The position numbers and the translations under genes are program-made. Of a stretch of DNA of 20,000 nt, positions 1 to 8,534 are shown in pieces. The DNA is from an uncultured virus (IMG/VR IMGVR_UViG_3300002140_000088) (taxonomy: Duplodnaviria; Heunggongvirae; Uroviricota; Caudoviricetes), in IMG/VR virus record IMGVR_UViG_3300002140_000088. One strand, given 5' to 3'. Within the stretch, counting starts at the first letter, position 1. Every line of letters begins with the position of its first letter. Below the pieces are notes generated by a model. The model saw only the letters and a list, made by a program, of their open reading frames with translations, ran no database searches and was not told the origin of the DNA.

Positions 1-2610
1 TTTGCCAATTGCTCTTAGTGCTTTGCCCTGTATAGAAGCTTCTCTATTGCTTAATGCAATACCTTTTTGAGTTTTATCCATAATAGACCTGATGTCTTTA
101 GAGCTGGCATTAGTCTTTTTTAAATATTCAGATAAAACTTTTTGATTATTTGGAGATTTTCTAACAGTATCTCCAATTAAATTATTTTCTCCACCAGTTC
201 TTGGATTCCACATACCTGGCTTATCCCATAGCGATATGTCCTTTTTATTAAGTCCAGTAAGATCTACTCTATGAGATCTATTTATTGTCTTTGCTGATTC
301 AATCTCACTATTAGTTATTGCGGTGCCCTCTTTGCGCATCTTTAGCAATTCTTTTTCTGTGGCTGCTGCTGCGGCATTAGCCTTAGCTAGCTCTATCGGA
401 TTAGCTTCTGAGATTGGTTTTGACCCAGGGTACGAATATCCAGACCTAAACCCTGGAACATTGTCAGCTATCATTGACTTAATAAAGCCACCATACTTTT
501 GTGCCTGTTTTGCTGGAATAACCGCTTCTCCAGGAGAAAGCATTGCTGGGACTACATCACCAGCACCTTTTGGTCCAGGAACAGAAAAAATACCATTAGC
601 ATATTTTGGGATTACTCCACCAGAACTCATTCCTCTCGCTCTACCTCCACGAACTGGAACGCCTAGAAGTAGTCTTTGAGCTGCCACTTGCTCCTGGTAG
701 GCTGCGGTTAGGACTCTTACAGCAGCTGTTTCAGAACTAAATGTTTGTTTTAGATTAGTGTGTGTTTGATTTAGTGCAGCAGCAACTGCTTGAGCTTCAA
801 GCTGCTGTTGGGTCATGTATTCTGTTTGAGTGCCAAGATCTCTAACTCCAGCACTACCCTTACCGATTTGAGAAATTGCTGCAAAGAATTTAATAATATT
901 AGCAACACCGTTAGCAAAAAGACCAACAATCATCAAAACTGATGGGGCAATAACACCTAGCGTAGCTACGAGGCCTATAACAACTTGTTTTCCGCCATCG
1001 CTAAGATCATTAAACTTATTTAATATTTTAGTACCAAACTCCATAATTGGAGTAACAGCTTTAAGAAATGCTTCACCAACTGGTGCTAACGCAACGGTTA
1101 GGTCTTCCCAAGCTTTTCTAAATTTAAACAATGGAGAATCTTCAATACGCTGAAGCTCTCTCTGTGAAAGAATTGCAAGTTCTTCAGTACTAGAGGCCGT
1201 AAGCTTTAAAACTCTACTAGCCTGATTACCCTCAGCTACAACATTTTGGAATAGTGTTGAAAGTCTAGAGAATTGAAATTTTCCAAATAATTGCTCAATA
1301 GCTCTTGCCCTGTTCAGTGGGTCTAGAGTATCTAAGGCTTTAGCAAACTCTATAACCGTACCTTTTATATCTCCAGCATTAGCTTCTACAATACCATTGA
1401 TATTAATACCAAAACCAGCAAGCATTTCAGATGCTTTTGCTGATGGGTTAATCAAAGAGGCTAGACCAGATTTTAGTGCGTTAGCACCTTCAGAAGCATT
1501 AATGCCACCTTCTTTCATAGCGGTAAGGAAGAACGCAAGATCTTCTACATCTCCACCAAGCTGTTTGACTACTGGACCAGCTTTTGGAATTGCTGTAGTT
1601 AGGTCTTCAATGCTAACAACAGTTTGGTTTTCAACGGCATTGAGGAAGTCAATTTTTTCAGATAATTTATCTGCAGCAATTCCAAACGTATTCGTTAATG
1701 ATATAGTTGTATCTAAGGCTTCTTGTTGTCCTACCCCACCCAACACAGCTAGTCTAGATGCTTGACTTACTTGTGCAAGAAGATCAGCCCCCATCTTACC
1801 CATTGCAGCTGCATCAGCAGCCATAGCCATGGTATCTTTTAGGGCAACTCCATATTTTGTAAACTCACTACCAAGCTCTTTAAGGCTTGCAAGCATTTTA
1901 TCGGTCTCTGCTTGAGAAGTAAAAAGTTCTCCATAAACACGTTTAAATCTAATAGCCTGCTCTTCAAGATCCATAAAGGCTTTTGAGGCTACAGTTCCAA
2001 AAATAGTCAAAGGAATTGTAAAACCAACCATAAGCTGACGACCAGCCCACTGAGTATTTTTACCCCAGTTCAACATGTTAGTTGAACCCTGTCTAATTAA
2101 CTGATTAAACAGTGCTTGCTTTTGGGAGGCTATGGCAGTCTTTGTTGCAAGGCTTTCCATATCCAAAGCTAATGGTCTTATGGCAATTGCTTTTAATGAA
2201 CCGCTGGCATCACGACCCATTTTGATATATTGGGTTTGAAGAGTTTTAACTCTTTCTCTAGCAACCTTGTTTACAGTATCTAGTTCTGTACGAAACAGCT
2301 TAGAAAAGTTTTTTGAGGATGCTCCAGCATAACGAAAATACTGCCCCATGGACAGCTTATTTTTTTCTAAAGCATTTGTGAATGACTCTGTACTACTTGC
2401 AATTGTAGTCATTCTTGCAGAGAATTGACCAGTAGAATTAATGCTATTTAGCAGATTTCTCTGCATACCCACGGCTTGAGCATTAGCGTTAGCATTAAGC
2501 TTTGTCATTTTTTGCTGAAATAATGAAATTTCAGCTTGCAAAGAACGAAGCGTTGCTAAAGCTTGTGACGCATTAAGATTTATATCTATATTGGCTTGTG
2601 CATCAGCCAT
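1..2610 (-). CDS. Tail tape measure protein (partial: first 870 codons, runs off the left edge; absent from the ORF track)
   Basis: ATG at 2610-2608 with RBS AAGGGAG upstream. Manual translation gives MADAQANIDINLNASQALATLRSLQAEIS..., then ...NWGKNTQWAGRQLMVGFTIPL...IDFLNAVENQTVVSIEDLTTAIPKAGPVVKQLGGDVEDLAFFLTAMKEGGINASEGANALKSGLASLINP..., an Ala/Leu-rich helical TP901-type tape measure core. Frame spot-checked at 2041, 541 and 1. It lies directly after the tail tube and chaperone genes. Confidence 0.93.
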   Translation of the reverse strand, partial: MADAQANIDINLNASQALATLRSLQAEISLFQQKMTKLNANANAQAVGMQRNLLNSINSTGQFSARMTTIASSTESFTNALEKNKLSMGQYFRYAGASSKNFSKLFRTELDTVNKVARERVKTLQTQYIKMGRDASGSLKAIAIRPLALDMESLATKTAIASQKQALFNQLIRQGSTNMLNWGKNTQWAGRQLMVGFTIPLTIFGTVASKAFMDLEEQAIRFKRVYGELFTSQAETDKMLASLKELGSEFTKYGVALKDTMAMAADAAAMGKMGADLLAQVSQASRLAVLGGVGQQEALDTTISLTNTFGIAADKLSEKIDFLNAVENQTVVSIEDLTTAIPKAGPVVKQLGGDVEDLAFFLTAMKEGGINASEGANALKSGLASLINPSAKASEMLAGFGININGIVEANAGDIKGTVIEFAKALDTLDPLNRARAIEQLFGKFQFSRLSTLFQNVVAEGNQASRVLKLTASSTEELAILSQRELQRIEDSPLFKFRKAWEDLTVALAPVGEAFLKAVTPIMEFGTKILNKFNDLSDGGKQVVIGLVATLGVIAPSVLMIVGLFANGVANIIKFFAAISQIGKGSAGVRDLGTQTEYMTQQQLEAQAVAAALNQTHTNLKQTFSSETAAVRVLTAAYQEQVAAQRLLLGVPVRGGRARGMSSGGVIPKYANGIFSVPGPKGAGDVVPAMLSPGEAVIPAKQAQKYGGFIKSMIADNVPGFRSGYSYPGSKPISEANPIELAKANAAAAATEKELLKMRKEGTAITNSEIESAKTINRSHRVDLTGLNKKDISLWDKPGMWNPRTGGENNLIGDTVRKSPNNQKVLSEYLKKTNASSKDIRSIMDKTQKGIALSNREASIQGKALRAIGK

Positions 2611-2627
2611 GAACAATTACTCCCTTA

Positions 2628-2939
2628 TTACATATTAATAAGAGAATCTGTTAGTCTCGCCCCAGATGCCTCTTCTACAATTCGATATACTGTTGGTAAA
2701 TCGAGTAGTTCTTCAAGCTTCTCTAGATCTTCTGCTAGTTCTGGCTTGTACTGCTTCATAGCAATTTGTACACACTCCATGAGGATATTCATAGACTTAT
2801 CGTTATCTGCTGCTACTTCTTGAATTTGTTCAAACTTTTTCATAAAACTTCTAAGAAGTGAAATCTTTAGTGGTCTTACAGTAATCTTTGAACCATCAAC
2901 CAAAGTTAATTCTTTTTCTTCATTTACATTTGTTGCCAT
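2628..2939 (-). CDS. Tail assembly chaperone, short (gpG-like) form, 103 aa
   Basis: Small acidic helical protein between the major tail and tape measure genes; RBS AGGAG; paralogous to the N-terminal ~95 aa of 2984..3679. Confidence 0.75.
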   Translation of the reverse strand: MATNVNEEKELTLVDGSKITVRPLKISLLRSFMKKFEQIQEVAADNDKSMNILMECVQIAMKQYKPELAEDLEKLEELLDLPTVYRIVEEASGARLTDSLINM

Positions 2940-2969
2940 TATTGTCTTTCTCCTGTTCTCGGCTATTCT

Positions 2970-2978
2970 ATTATAACA
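2970..2978 (-). promoter_or_regulatory. Extended -10 promoter element TGTTATAAT
   Basis: Exact TGnTATAAT in the 44-bp gap upstream of 2628..2939; no -35 match at 17-18 bp spacing. Confidence 0.7.
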
Positions 2979-2983
2979 CAGAG

Positions 2984-3679
2984 CTAATCTTTTTTACGTT
3001 CAATCTTTTCATACCCCAGCCCCATGCCGATACCAAATCCAGCCTTTTGTGCATTGATACCTTGTAAAGCAGTAATATCATTTGGATTACTAGTTGCTCC
3101 ACCGCTAAATACACGGGCTTTCATTTCTTCCCACTTATTACTTTTACCACTTTGTTCATCTAAGTCAACACCTTGCATTGCAGCTAAGAATTTTTTTTCA
3201 TTGTAGTCTAGGTCTCTAATTTTTTCAATAATAATAAGCAACTCAGACATTGAAACAGATCTTTCTAAATGATCAAAATTTTGCCAAGATCCAATAATAA
3301 ATATTTCTGCTTCTAGTGAAGCTAGGTCTAAATTATTCCAAGTGCTCTTATCGCTCTCGTCTTTTGCTTGTTTTTCAATATCTTCTTTTTCACCATTAAT
3401 TTTAATGCCAGCACAAATATCAAGCATTTCATATATTGTGGGGAGATCAACCAAGTCTTCTAGCTGTTCCCTATTCTCTATAACTGGATAATGTTGTTTC
3501 ATACAGATTGTTGCACATTCAGATAATATCATTATAGACTGTTCATCATTAGTAGCAAATTTAATTAAATCAAAGATATCCATAAATTCTTTTAAGAATT
3601 TAATTTTTAATGGACTCATAAGAATTTCTGTACCATCGATTAGATTGATAGTTTTTGATTCGTAAACATTCTTAGCCAT
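2984..3679 (-). CDS. Tail assembly chaperone, long (gpGT-like) form, 231 aa
   Basis: Immediately downstream of the major tail protein gene. The N-terminal domain is paralogous to the 103-aa gene, followed by a charged linker and a second domain (WQNFDHLERSVSMSELLIIIEKIR) in the position of a T-domain. Confidence 0.7.
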   Translation of the reverse strand: MAKNVYESKTINLIDGTEILMSPLKIKFLKEFMDIFDLIKFATNDEQSIMILSECATICMKQHYPVIENREQLEDLVDLPTIYEMLDICAGIKINGEKEDIEKQAKDESDKSTWNNLDLASLEAEIFIIGSWQNFDHLERSVSMSELLIIIEKIRDLDYNEKKFLAAMQGVDLDEQSGKSNKWEEMKARVFSGGATSNPNDITALQGINAQKAGFGIGMGLGYEKIERKKD

Positions 3680-3685
3680 TACTCT

Positions 3686-3694
3686 ATTGTAGCA
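3686..3694 (-). promoter_or_regulatory. Extended -10 element TGCTACAAT, positioned for a leaderless transcript
   Basis: TGCTACAAT-agagta-ATG (6-nt spacer); no SD sequence before the ATG at 3679. Confidence 0.65.
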
Positions 3695-3728
3695 AAATAA
3701 AACTGCCCAGGTTTTATCCTGGGCAGCT
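3694..3728 (-). terminator. Intrinsic terminator after the major tail protein gene
   Basis: Minus strand: CTGCCCAGG-ataaaa-CCTGGGCAG (9-bp perfect stem) followed by TTTTATTTT. Confidence 0.9.
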
Positions 3729-3747
3729 CTATTACTTTACAGCTTTA

Positions 3748-4401
3748 TTAGGAAACTAGGGAAAGTGTACGGTCAACGATCTTACCATATGACGCAGCGT
3801 CATTGGGAAGAAGGCGGAACGAAACTTCAAACATAGTTGCCTCATCACGCTTAGCTGATACTGTAACGCTCTCAATAGAGAGTGCACGGTATGCAACGTA
3901 AATGCGTTCGATGGTTTCAGAAGCAGCACAGTCACCTGTACCTGGTCCAATTGCAACGAGACCACGCTCTACAGGACATTCTCCGATGTCACCAGCAGAA
4001 AGGTTCATTACCTGGTTTCCAACCCACTTCTCGTTTCCAGTGTCGTCACCAGTTGGGTCGATGTCTTCGTCCCGTCCAGCAACTGCGTAAAGAAGGTTCT
4101 CAAGTGTTGCTTCAGCAAAAGCAGTATTCAGGTTAACCTGCATACCCTGCTTGTAAAGCTTAGCAACGTCTAGAACCTGGTCTACCTGTACTTCACCGAA
4201 GTCAGGCTGGAAAACAATTTCCAGACCATTCATAGTGTATCCAACATTACGGAAGTCAACGTCGTCGGTCAAAGTATTTTTGAAAGACGTGTCCTCGACT
4301 AGGCTAGGTAGATCGGTATCAGCCAATGTACCAGCTTCGTATGTGAATAGTGCAGCAGCACCCACAATAATTTGTGAGCTATTACCACGAGTATATGCCA
4401 T
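3748..4401 (-). CDS. Major tail (tube) protein, 217 aa
   Basis: N-terminal IIVGAAALF, VGYTMNGLEIVFQPDFGEVQVDQ, and C-terminal FEVSFRLLP beta-rich pattern typical of siphophage tail tube proteins; RBS GAGGTG; followed by a terminator, chaperones and the tape measure gene. Confidence 0.88.
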   Translation of the reverse strand: MAYTRGNSSQIIVGAAALFTYEAGTLADTDLPSLVEDTSFKNTLTDDVDFRNVGYTMNGLEIVFQPDFGEVQVDQVLDVAKLYKQGMQVNLNTAFAEATLENLLYAVAGRDEDIDPTGDDTGNEKWVGNQVMNLSAGDIGECPVERGLVAIGPGTGDCAASETIERIYVAYRALSIESVTVSAKRDEATMFEVSFRLLPNDAASYGKIVDRTLSLVS

Positions 4402-4453
4402 AATTTTTCACCTCATTTTCTATAATGAAATATGGGCGTGTTTCCTCAATATA

Positions 4454-4461
4454 ATTATACA
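4454..4461 (-). promoter_or_regulatory. -10 element TGTATAAT upstream of the major tail gene
   Basis: Exact TATAAT in the 66-bp intergenic gap. Confidence 0.6.
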
Positions 4462-4467
4462 TGCCTT

Positions 4468-5016
4468 TTATGAATAATTTTGAACATGGTAGTCATAGCT
4501 AATTATAATCTTGGTTGCAGAATAAGTTCTAGCTGTTTGTTGGGCAACTATATCTCTTGCTTCCTCCAAAGAGTACATGTTAAGCTCATGAAAAAATACT
4601 GGTTTAAATATTCTTTTTTGTCTTCCAGTCCCAAGGGCAACTAGCTTAGAGCTATTTACTTTTGTAGATATCCAGGCATTGATTTCTTGAGCAGACTCAT
4701 CTTTACGATCAAGAAGATCAGAGATTACCTGTACTGTTTCAATTAAGGCTTCTGGATCACTATTCATTTTATAAAGGTATAGCATTATCTGCTCACACTT
4801 AATGTGTGGGAATGGTTTCCTATTTAGTTTAAACATTCTATCATATACCCCAAAAACATCATTAGCATTGGCTGGATAGCTTTTCATCAAAGAGTTGATA
4901 TCTGTTGGAAGGGTAGGGAAGAATCTAAACTCACCCTTGAAACGGCCTGGTAGCCTCTCTGGGACCTTTTCGGCAAGGTATTCGTTAATTAGTACAGGTG
5001 GATATGTAATAGCCAT
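4468..5016 (-). CDS. Putative tail terminator / tail completion protein (~182 aa, start MAITYPP at 5016)
   Basis: ATG at 5016 overlaps the upstream stop (TAATG) and has AGGAG just upstream, so it is preferred over the 5046 start in the ORF track. Function is inferred from its position just before the major tail gene. Confidence 0.55.
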   Translation of the reverse strand: MAITYPPVLINEYLAEKVPERLPGRFKGEFRFFPTLPTDINSLMKSYPANANDVFGVYDRMFKLNRKPFPHIKCEQIMLYLYKMNSDPEALIETVQVISDLLDRKDESAQEINAWISTKVNSSKLVALGTGRQKRIFKPVFFHELNMYSLEEARDIVAQQTARTYSATKIIISYDYHVQNYS

Positions 5017-5696
5017 TATGCTCCTATTCCAAGACTTGTTATCCATCTAAGTCCAGCTGGTATTCCAGCAGATTTTCCAGCCTTAAGTCCTGATTGTAAA
5101 TTTTTCTTATATGTATTCATATTTCCAAATTTTTTAGTAATCCCAGCAATTTGCAAAAATGCTTGAGATAAATAGCTATTTATAAATAAATCAAAACTAT
5201 TCTCAAAGCTTCCTTGAACAAATTGACCACCAGGATTATCTACTGAAATAGGATTTCTAGTAAATACAGTTTCTCCATTATCCTCAAACACAAGAACCTC
5301 AGAGTTTCTTGGTCTAATAGTTACAGAAATTCCATTCTCCATCATATTTGCCTTATCATAAAATGGAATATTAGAACCATTTTTAATTGATGATGATTGT
5401 CTAAACGTTGATCTTAAAGATAACCCAAGATTACTGACAGTATAATTTATATCAAAAAGTCTAGCATTTGGACTTCCGGTCTGATTCCATTCATAAACAT
5501 GATGAAGCATTTCTGGATTTTGTCTACTCATGGAGTCAATAAAAAAACTAAGAGCTTCTGTAGCTTTTTCTCCAACTGTAGCAAAAAATATCTTTTTGCC
5601 TGCATTAGCACCTTCCACAAATCCAAAAGAATACTGAACAAGATTATTCATCTCTCTCGCAAAACTTTTATCTAGATCAAACCTTGTACTTATCAT
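5016..5696 (-). CDS. Putative neck / tail completion protein, 226 aa
   Basis: Coupled to the upstream gene by an ATGA overlap; lies in the head-tail joining block. Function is from synteny only. Confidence 0.5.
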   Translation of the reverse strand: MISTRFDLDKSFAREMNNLVQYSFGFVEGANAGKKIFFATVGEKATEALSFFIDSMSRQNPEMLHHVYEWNQTGSPNARLFDINYTVSNLGLSLRSTFRQSSSIKNGSNIPFYDKANMMENGISVTIRPRNSEVLVFEDNGETVFTRNPISVDNPGGQFVQGSFENSFDLFINSYLSQAFLQIAGITKKFGNMNTYKKNLQSGLKAGKSAGIPAGLRWITSLGIGA

Positions 5697-6139
5697 ACGT
5701 CAAACTCCTGATTCTCTGACTTTCTCAGGATAAGCTTATAGTAATCTACTGTGCCAAATGGATTTATGAATGGCTCTTGTGTAGCTATTTCAAATAATGT
5801 AGATTGTCCATTTCTTGGACCACTTGTTTCTGTATAAATTTCGTTACACTGTCTATCTCTAATGTTGGTCACAACAATATTTGTTAGTGCAAAGTTTTCT
5901 TCAAATGATCCATGCCTGATATCTTCCCTGACTCTTCCAGACAAAATAATATCTTCTACAATAACTATGTTTATTTTAACTTCTTCTTTTGTTGCAGTGC
6001 CAGCATAAACAAAGTTGCCAGCAATGGTTCTATCATAAGTCCACATCTTAGAGATATTGCCATAAGCACTCTGTTCTATGATTGGATAAAAAATATCCGC
6101 TTGCATTGGGAAACGAAAATCTTTAGTATCGCAACTCAT
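5693..6139 (-). CDS. Putative head closure (stopper) protein, 148 aa
   Basis: Beta-rich small protein with an EQSAYGNISKMW hairpin motif resembling head-closure proteins; follows the adaptor gene with a TAATG overlap. Confidence 0.6.
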   Translation of the reverse strand: MSCDTKDFRFPMQADIFYPIIEQSAYGNISKMWTYDRTIAGNFVYAGTATKEEVKINIVIVEDIILSGRVREDIRHGSFEENFALTNIVVTNIRDRQCNEIYTETSGPRNGQSTLFEIATQEPFINPFGTVDYYKLILRKSENQEFDV

Positions 6140-7017
6140 TACAATACTCCTGGAGTTCCGTAATACCTCGCATAGTTAGAAAGAATCTTATCAACAATAA
6201 GATTGCCTGTGCCAGACAATGCCTGCTGTGCCATCTGCACCTTAAACTGATCTGTATTGTAACTAGTAATATATCTTTGGTAGTAGTCCATTTTTCCGCA
6301 AGAAATATCGTCTACCAAAAGCTCAGTGGCTTTAACAATATTTGATGGAATGCTAGTATATCCGTGTGTTACTAAAATTTTATAGTCAAATGTTTTTGGG
6401 AAGCCACGATAGGAGTATTTAGTATCCATAATATCAGAAGCAGAAGCTGGAAAGACATTCAGGGCACCCTCTAACCTATTAATCATTCCTGTGCTATTCT
6501 CCATAATGGCTGTCTTATCGCTTGTCAAAGAATATGACGTTACGTAGTCTTCTGGGTTAGCGGCATCATAAAGAAGAACATTGTTTTCGTATAACTTTAA
6601 AACTTTGTTTACCCTCTGCCATACTGGAATATAATCAGCACCAAGACCGATAGTTTCAATAAACCTTTTACGGTAATAGAATCCTTCGGATATTACAGAA
6701 TCAATCATAGCTCTTGCAAGCTCTTCATACCCCTTGTACTCTTCAATATCAGATGCAGTACTAGCCTTAGTCGTTGGATCAACGTATGGCCTAACAACTG
6801 TGAAGTAGTGTTCATCACCATCAACGGTAACAGTATAAGAGCTGTCATATTCTGAAGGCAGTGTAATAAGTAATTTACCTGCAGATGTTGAGGTAGCTGT
6901 ACCTTCGGTCACCGAATGATCTACATCATCAAGAATACTGTAGTCATATTCTGTAGATGCTGCAAGACCAGTGATGGAAGCAGTTGTTGCTAGTGAAGGT
7001 ACTCTTAGGATATCCAT
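6139..7017 (-). CDS. Putative head-tail adaptor/connector (~292 aa, start MDILRV at 7017)
   Basis: EELARAMIDSVI helix, then ...THGYTSIPSNIVKATELLV... (GY-x-x-P-x-x-I-x-x-A pattern of adaptor proteins) and C-terminal IVDKILSNY. The ATG lies 1 nt after the upstream stop. Confidence 0.7.
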   Translation of the reverse strand: MDILRVPSLATTASITGLAASTEYDYSILDDVDHSVTEGTATSTSAGKLLITLPSEYDSSYTVTVDGDEHYFTVVRPYVDPTTKASTASDIEEYKGYEELARAMIDSVISEGFYYRKRFIETIGLGADYIPVWQRVNKVLKLYENNVLLYDAANPEDYVTSYSLTSDKTAIMENSTGMINRLEGALNVFPASASDIMDTKYSYRGFPKTFDYKILVTHGYTSIPSNIVKATELLVDDISCGKMDYYQRYITSYNTDQFKVQMAQQALSGTGNLIVDKILSNYARYYGTPGVL

Positions 7018-7018
7018 G

Positions 7019-7342
7019 CTATAGACCAAACTCCTCGGCTATTTCTTGTGGTGTAGCTTCTCTTACATGATCACGTTCTAACCACTTGTCTAAAGTATTC
7101 TTTGGAATAATGTTATATCCTTTAGATACCTTTCCAACTCCTGGTAAAGATACGCTTTTGCTGGAGAATATTGCTACCTTCTCATACTCTGCTTTAACCT
7201 TTACTTCTTTTTCTGTATTATTTTTTATATTTTTTTGAGCAATAGTTCCTGTTCCTATTACTCCATTTTTTACATCAGCAATAGCTTTTGTATTATTTTG
7301 AAAGTTTTTTGGAACTGGATTTTTAATTACGTTGTCTGTCAT
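7019..7342 (-). CDS. Hypothetical virion-associated protein, 107 aa
   Basis: Strong RBS AGGAGG; lies between capsid and adaptor genes; Lys-rich N-terminal half and compact C-terminal domain ending VREATPQEIAEEFGL. Confidence 0.7.
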   Translation of the reverse strand: MTDNVIKNPVPKNFQNNTKAIADVKNGVIGTGTIAQKNIKNNTEKEVKVKAEYEKVAIFSSKSVSLPGVGKVSKGYNIIPKNTLDKWLERDHVREATPQEIAEEFGL

Positions 7343-7357
7343 TTTTCCTCCTAACTA

Positions 7358-7366
7358 ATTATATCA
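7358..7366 (-). promoter_or_regulatory. Extended -10 element TGATATAAT
   Basis: Exact TGnTATAAT immediately downstream of the capsid terminator and upstream of the AGGAGG RBS. Confidence 0.7.
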
Positions 7367-7368
7367 GC

Positions 7369-7406
7369 AAATTAGAAAAGGGGGCAGAGGTTTCCCCCTG
7401 CCCCCT
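7369..7406 (-). terminator. Intrinsic terminator after the major capsid gene
   Basis: Minus strand: AGGGGGCAGGGG-GAAA-CCTCTGCCCCCT (12-bp stem with one G-U pair, GNRA loop) followed by TTTCTAATTT. Confidence 0.9.
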
Positions 7407-7427
7407 AATCGGGTTATTTAGTTAGAA

Positions 7428-8510
7428 TTAGCTGTCAGCTGGTGCATCAACCCATGCAACGGCGTCTTCCTCTTCCCACTGAATACCAAAACGTACGAAT
7501 ACGGTGTACTCAATGGTGTCTTTCTTGGCAACATATTCACGGTTAACCGTGATGTCACGCTGGAAGCCCCAAATACGGTTAGATGGGAATGTAAGGTCTA
7601 CATAGCCATCTGGGTAGTAAGGAACCTCCATGACGGGGATGCCAAGGATACGAGTGGTACGTGCTTCACCAATAACTTGGTCAGTACCAGCAAGGTAGGT
7701 GTTACGGTAGTTTTCAGTCCAGATGTTGGAGCTGTCCGTTCCGTTAGCCTTTACGATGCCTGCAAACGTGTCAGTTCCTGCATAGAACTTAAGACCAGTC
7801 TTCAAGGCACGGTACTTGCGTGGCAAAGAGCTAATTACACCCTGCATAATTTCAGGGGTAAATGCGTTACCAGATACTGTAGCAACATACTCGTGAGCAT
7901 CGCCATTGGTTGTGGTCTGGTTAACAAAACCCTCCATGATGGAGAGGAATGAACCAGTTGAACCGTCACCATTAATGGCGAGGTCTTCGATGTCATTTGC
8001 AAAAGCATTTGTCATCAATCGGACCAAGTGATCCTCTAGACCAGCACCTTCGACGTTGTCTTCAAGTGCTTCTGCTGAGACCTCCCAGTCAAGACGGATC
8101 TTCTTTGTAGTAAGCTCCACCTTGCTGAATGTAGCTCCAGCGTTTGTGTATGTTGCATCAGCTTGATTGGCTGCACGAATTACTCGCTCACCAACATTGA
8201 CTTTTTCGAGTTCCATGGTGTTTGCACGCATGGTAACACGACGACCATCTTTAGCGAGAACAGTCCCGTCCCAGACGTAGTCGATAAAACGACGTGCCTG
8301 TTCAGGACGTAGGATTCCACTGCCTGCGTCACCTGAAGGGTTTACGGCATTAGGACCAGTTGTCAAGCCAAATTCGGCTGTAGCAATGTTTCCCAAGGTG
8401 CTTGCACCAGGACTAGAAACATCACCAATGCCTCCAGATGCGAATGCGCCTTCGCCGTTTGTTTCGTTAGCGCCAGCTCCTGGATAGTTTTTGATAATCT
8501 CTTCCGACAT
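7428..8510 (-). CDS. Major capsid protein (HK97 fold), 360 aa
   Basis: GILRPEQARRFIDYV, VELTTKKIRLDWEVSAEALEDN, FANDIEDLAINGDG and RILGIPVMEVPY motifs typical of HK97-fold capsids; RBS TAGGAGGTGA; follows protease/scaffold and is followed by a terminator. Confidence 0.95.
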   Translation of the reverse strand: MSEEIIKNYPGAGANETNGEGAFASGGIGDVSSPGASTLGNIATAEFGLTTGPNAVNPSGDAGSGILRPEQARRFIDYVWDGTVLAKDGRRVTMRANTMELEKVNVGERVIRAANQADATYTNAGATFSKVELTTKKIRLDWEVSAEALEDNVEGAGLEDHLVRLMTNAFANDIEDLAINGDGSTGSFLSIMEGFVNQTTTNGDAHEYVATVSGNAFTPEIMQGVISSLPRKYRALKTGLKFYAGTDTFAGIVKANGTDSSNIWTENYRNTYLAGTDQVIGEARTTRILGIPVMEVPYYPDGYVDLTFPSNRIWGFQRDITVNREYVAKKDTIEYTVFVRFGIQWEEEDAVAWVDAPADS

Positions 8511-8534
8511 TTTGTCACCTCCTAAGTGATTTTT

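Noticed and set aside
323..1765. Plus-strand ORFs 323..679 and 1397..1765
   Set aside because: Antisense shadows of the tape measure frame; no RBS or recognisable protein features.
3340..3420. A-rich runs (GAAAAAG) at the domain junction of the 231-aa chaperone as a slippery site
   Set aside because: No in-frame X-XXY-YYZ heptamer, and the ORF is already continuous.
3730..3770. Possible +1 frameshift extension at the end of the major tail gene (TCC TAA)
   Set aside because: The +1 frame stops within six codons and a terminator follows, leaving no room for an added domain.
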